This document shows positions 15,330 to 19,080 of a stretch of 19,080 bases of DNA, in pieces; the stretch's first letter is position 1; each line of letters opens with the position of its first letter. Both the position numbers and the translations under genes were made by a program. The DNA lies in NCBI GenBank assembly GCA_031409655.1, contig JANNXQ010000094.1:1-19080 (forward strand). The letters run 5' to 3'. The notes under the pieces were generated by a model. It was given only the letters and a program-made list of their open reading frames with translations. It was not told the origin of the DNA and ran no database searches. Source of the DNA: Chthoniobacteraceae bacterium (GTDB lineage Bacteria > Verrucomicrobiota > Verrucomicrobiia > Chthoniobacterales > Chthoniobacteraceae).

Positions 15330-16769
15330 ATGAAGCTCCTCCTCGCCGCCAGTGAAGTTGCCCCCTTTGCCCGTACCGGCGGGCTCGGCGATGTGCTCGA
15401 AGGGATGCCGCCTGCACTCACCGCCCGCGGCCATGAAGTGAGCGTGGTGCTGCCGTGCTATCGCGGGCTGCGCGGGGATCCGCGGCTCGGGGCGCGGAGC
15501 ACCGGCGTGCGTCTGGTGATCCCGCTCGGTGGCAAGCGGGTGCCTTGCGAAATTTTCGAAGGCCAGGCCCCGAATGGTTCGCAGATCTTCCTGATCGGGT
15601 GCGATGCCTATTTTGATCGCCCCGAGCTGTACGGCGAAAATGGCGGCGACTATCCGGACAATGCGGAGCGCTTCATCTTCTTTTCAAAGGCGGTGGTCGA
15701 ACTCGCGCGGCGCATCCTTCCTCCTCCGGACATCCTGCACGTTCACGATTGGCAGACGGCGCTCGCGCCCGTGCTCGCCCGGCATCTGCGGCTGCCCTTT
15801 CGCACGGTGCTGACGATTCACGATCTCGCGTTTCAGGGAAATTTCTGGGGCGTCGATTTCGGTCTCACGAATCTGCCGGGCGATTACTTTTCCGCACGCG
15901 GGGTCGAATTTTACGGGAACCTGAATCTGCTCAAAGGCGGCATCGTGCAGGCCGACGCGCTCGCGACGGTGAGCGAAAGTTACGCCCGGGAAATCCAGAC
16001 ACCCGAAGGCGGCTCGGGCCTCGACGCCGTGATCCGCGAGCACGTCGGGAAGCTCAGCGGGATCCTGAACGGGGCGAACTATGCGGAGTGGAATCCGGCG
16101 ACCGACGCGTCTCTGCCGGAGACGTATCAGCCGTCGGAACTCGCCGGCAAGAAGGCCTGCCGCGCCGCCTTGCTCGGGGAACTCGGGCTGGAGCCAAATC
16201 CGCCCGGACCCGTCTATGCGCTCGTCTCGCGGCTCACCGAACGCAAAGGAATCGAGCTGCTGCTCCCACTGCTCGACCGCCTGCTCGCCAATGATGTGCG
16301 CCTCGTGGTGCTCGGTCAGGGCGAGACGGCTTACGAACGCGAGTTTGCCATCGCGATGCGGCGGCACCCTGGACGGTTTGCCTATCGGAATGGCTTCGAT
16401 CTTCGGCTCTCGCATCTCATCGAGGCCGGCGCGGATATCTCGCTCGTGCCTTCGCATTTCGAACCGTGCGGGCTCACCGCGATGTATTCGCTCAAATACG
16501 GAACGCTGCCCGTGGCCCGCGCCACCGGCGGATTGCACCAGATCGTGCAGGACTACGATCCGACGACGGAGACGGGCAGCGGGTTCCTTTTCTACGAGTA
16601 CACACCGGCCGCACTCTGGGACGCGATCATGCGGGCGACGGCTTATCACGCCGATGCGCCGCGCTGGGAAACGCTGATGCGGCGCGCGATGGCAGTGGAT
16701 TTCTCGTGGTCAAAAGCGGTGCTGGCTTACGAGGAAGTGTATGCGCGCGCGCTTCATGGAGGGCGGTGA
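15330..16769 (+). CDS. glgA: Glycogen/starch synthase (GT5)
   Basis: SEVAPFARTGGLGDV, YPDNAERF, HVHDWQT, GILNG and PSHFEPCGL. Start taken at ATG 15330. Confidence 0.93.
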   Translation: MKLLLAASEVAPFARTGGLGDVLEGMPPALTARGHEVSVVLPCYRGLRGDPRLGARSTGVRLVIPLGGKRVPCEIFEGQAPNGSQIFLIGCDAYFDRPELYGENGGDYPDNAERFIFFSKAVVELARRILPPPDILHVHDWQTALAPVLARHLRLPFRTVLTIHDLAFQGNFWGVDFGLTNLPGDYFSARGVEFYGNLNLLKGGIVQADALATVSESYAREIQTPEGGSGLDAVIREHVGKLSGILNGANYAEWNPATDASLPETYQPSELAGKKACRAALLGELGLEPNPPGPVYALVSRLTERKGIELLLPLLDRLLANDVRLVVLGQGETAYEREFAIAMRRHPGRFAYRNGFDLRLSHLIEAGADISLVPSHFEPCGLTAMYSLKYGTLPVARATGGLHQIVQDYDPTTETGSGFLFYEYTPAALWDAIMRATAYHADAPRWETLMRRAMAVDFSWSKAVLAYEEVYARALHGGR

Positions 16770-16789
16770 TCTAGCACCGCACTCGATCG

Positions 16790-18160
16790 ATGCTTCCTGA
16801 ACTCCACACCGCTATTCCGGGCCCGCGTTCCCGCTCGCTCGCTGAGGAACTGCGGCGCCATGAGTCGCGCAATGTCACCTTTCTCGCCGACGACTGGCCG
16901 ATCTTCTGGCAGCGCGCCTCCGGGATGAATGTGTGGGACGCGGATGGCAATCGTTTCCTCGATCTCACGTCGGCCTTCGGCGTGAGCGGGCTCGGGCACA
17001 CGAATGCCGCGGTCTGCGAGGCGCTCGTCGAGCAATCGCAAGAACTGCTGCACGCCATGGGCGACGTGCATCCCACGGCATTAAAGGCGCAGCTTTGCGC
17101 GCGGCTCAGTGCGCTGACTTTCGAGCGCTGGGGGCGGGGTGATGGGAAGGTGATCCTCGGAAACTCGGGCTTCGAAGCGATCGAAGCGGCGCTCAAGACG
17201 TCGCTGCTCTACAGCGGAAAACCCGGCGTGATCGCCTTCACCGGCGGCTACCACGGGCTCGGTTTCGGCGCGCTCACGACCACCGGCATCCCGTTTTTCC
17301 GCGAGCCGTTCCAGGCGCAGTTGCGCGAGTTCGCGACGTTCCTCCCGTATCCGCATTGCTACCGTTGCCCATTCGGCGTGCGGGATGAGTACCGCACCGA
17401 AGGCGGGTCGTGTCCGAACTGCTCGACCTCGTGCCTGGAAAAACTGCACGACCAAATCGAAGAGACGATCACGCAACGCGCGATCGGTGCGATCCTCGTC
17501 GAGCCAGTGCAAGGCCGCGGTGGGTGCGTGGTGCCGCCGCGCGATTTCCTGCCGATGCTCCGCGGCCTGTGCGACGCGCACAAAATCCTGCTGATCACGG
17601 ACGAGATCTACACGGGCTTCAACCGCACCGGGGAGCTGTTTGCCGGCGATCACTCCGGCGTCGTGCCGGACCTCATCTGCGTGGGGAAAGCGCTCACCAG
17701 CGGCTTTCCGCTTTCGGCCTGCGTGGGGCGCGCGGATGTGATGGATGCCTGGCCGCGCTCGTCTGGCGAGGCGCTGCACACGAGCACCTTTCTCGGCAAT
17801 CCGCTCGGCTGCGCGATGGCCCTGGCGTCGCTCGATCTGCACGTTGATCCCGAAGTCGCGCGGCAGGTGCGGGAGCGCGGGGCGAAGTTCCGCGCGGCGC
17901 TTGCGGCCTTGCAGTCGCCGCAGATCGGAAACATCCGCGGACTCGGTCTGATGCTCGGGATGGAACTCGTGAGCGACCGCACCCTGACGCCCGCGACGGA
18001 TCTGGCGATCGGGATCGTCCAGCGCGCGCTCCGCGACGGTGTCCTCCTCCTCGCGGATTCTCCGACTTCGAATGTCCTCAGCTTCGCGCCCCCCTTTGAG
18101 ATCAGCGACGCAGAGATCGCCTTCGTCATCGACCGTCTCCAGGCCTACCTCACGCCGTAA
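16790..18160 (+). CDS. Class III PLP-dependent aminotransferase (GabT/ArgD-like)
   Basis: WDADGNRFLD, GYHG, VEPVQGRGG, DEIYTGFNRTG, PDLICVGKALTSG and TFLGNP. Confidence 0.92.
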   Translation: MLPELHTAIPGPRSRSLAEELRRHESRNVTFLADDWPIFWQRASGMNVWDADGNRFLDLTSAFGVSGLGHTNAAVCEALVEQSQELLHAMGDVHPTALKAQLCARLSALTFERWGRGDGKVILGNSGFEAIEAALKTSLLYSGKPGVIAFTGGYHGLGFGALTTTGIPFFREPFQAQLREFATFLPYPHCYRCPFGVRDEYRTEGGSCPNCSTSCLEKLHDQIEETITQRAIGAILVEPVQGRGGCVVPPRDFLPMLRGLCDAHKILLITDEIYTGFNRTGELFAGDHSGVVPDLICVGKALTSGFPLSACVGRADVMDAWPRSSGEALHTSTFLGNPLGCAMALASLDLHVDPEVARQVRERGAKFRAALAALQSPQIGNIRGLGLMLGMELVSDRTLTPATDLAIGIVQRALRDGVLLLADSPTSNVLSFAPPFEISDAEIAFVIDRLQAYLTP

Positions 18161-18175
18161 CCCGCAGCGCTTCGG

Positions 18176-18493
18176 TCAGGAAAATTTGACGTTCTTTCCC
18201 GGCTCCATTTCGTAGTCGAGGGCGAGATGTCCGTGGGTGTTGGGCCGAACCACATCGGCGACGAATTTCATGTAGATGGCGTCTTCCTCGGTCATCCGAA
18301 ATTTCTCCATCGATTCAAAATCGAGCGCGATGAAGAACGGCCACTCATTGCCCGGATCGATGTTTTTTCCGCAGCGCACGCTCAGGATTTCAGGGATCTT
18401 GAGGAGGCTCATCCGCGTCGTCATCATGATCTGCTCCAACTTTGCAGGGGTGACCTCGGGCTTGAGTTTGCAGAGCAGGAGGTGGTGGACCAT
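18176..18493 (-). CDS. Dabb family (stress-responsive alpha/beta barrel) protein
   Basis: MVHHLLLCKLK...LKIPEI...G.N...F...Y......ALDYE pattern. Start taken at ATG 18493. Confidence 0.8.
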   Translation of the reverse strand: MVHHLLLCKLKPEVTPAKLEQIMMTTRMSLLKIPEILSVRCGKNIDPGNEWPFFIALDFESMEKFRMTEEDAIYMKFVADVVRPNTHGHLALDYEMEPGKNVKFS

Positions 18494-18564
18494 TAGGCAG
18501 GGTTTTGTAGGACGGGCGCGGAGGAGAGGCAACGGGGAAAATTCTGAAATCCAATTTCCCCCCG

Positions 18565-18602
18565 AAAAAGAAAGGGCGGCTGACCATTTCGATCAGCCGC
18601 CC
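18565..18602 (-). terminator. Rho-independent terminator downstream of nuoA
   Basis: 10-bp stem gggcggctga (18574-18583) / tcagccgccc (18593-18602), followed on the minus strand by TTTCTTTTT. Confidence 0.8.
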
Positions 18603-18628
18603 GTTGGGGTTTTAGTTTCAGGCCTGGC

Positions 18629-19000
18629 TCAGCTCTTCCACTCGAGGGCGCCCTTCATGATCGCATACACGTAGCCGACCGTGAGGATGGCGACGAAGCT
18701 GAGCATGCTCCAGAAGATGCCCGGGCCGTGCGCCGCGACGAAGTCGCGATAGACCACGGCCCACGGATCCATGAACACGATTTCGATATCGAAAAGGATG
18801 AAGAGCATCGCCACGAGGTAGAACTTCACGCTGAAACGCGGCTGCGCGGGCCCTTCGGCCGGCATGCCGCACTCGTAGGCGCTGTCCTTGGTGGGATTGC
18901 TCCGGGCGCTCTTGCCGAGGATCACGCTGATGATCAGCGCCGAGGCGGCAAACACCACGGCGACGATCACCTGCAGCAGAATCGGAAGATAGTCCTTCAT
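18629..19000 (-). CDS. nuoA: NADH-quinone oxidoreductase subunit A
   Basis: KDSAYECG, RFSVKFYLVAMLFILFDIE, PWAV and KGALEW. Confidence 0.96.
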   Translation of the reverse strand: MKDYLPILLQVIVAVVFAASALIISVILGKSARSNPTKDSAYECGMPAEGPAQPRFSVKFYLVAMLFILFDIEIVFMDPWAVVYRDFVAAHGPGIFWSMLSFVAILTVGYVYAIMKGALEWKS

Positions 19001-19032
19001 GTCTCCAGAGCTTTCGGAACGTCAAACCGGAC

Positions 19033-19080
19033 TCAGGCGACGGCGGCGGGAGCCGGGATCGGTGGCGCCACGGTCTCCAG
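19033..19080 (-). CDS. Probable 3' end of an upstream gene (unidentified)
   Basis: Open frame from the window edge, LETVAPPIPAPAAVA*, with GC-rich third positions. Confidence 0.45.
   Translation of the reverse strand: METVAPPIPAPAAVA

Noticed and set aside
18762..18774. NuoA FMDPW where FxYPW is usual
   Set aside because: A single-base difference could explain it. It cannot be distinguished from a sequencing error or neutral variant.

Overview
High-GC bacterial chromosomal window, probably Verrucomicrobia (inferred from gene style and repeat types). Housekeeping genes (3' part of hisD, citramalate synthase, FAD oxidoreductase, ABC ATPase plus solute-binding protein, MFS, argS, PTS IIA, glgA, class III aminotransferase, Dabb protein, nuoA) surround a ~4.7 kb accessory island (~2480-7120). 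The island holds two full-length HUH/Y1 (RAYT-like) transposase genes, four truncated 5' fragments of related transposases, and two AT-richer cassettes, all on the minus strand. Most segment junctions fall at a short motif ending in ACCCC (GGGGT on the other strand). Each cassette begins right after a transposase 3'-end motif with the severed tail of an upstream gene, followed by an intact overlapping downstream gene: an Imm11/DUF1629-like immunity protein in one, an exported carboxypeptidase-regulatory-like protein in the other. This suggests an integron-like, HUH-driven capture array for pieces of toxin/immunity loci. Several palindromic and short tandem repeat families are also present, one of them inside argS.
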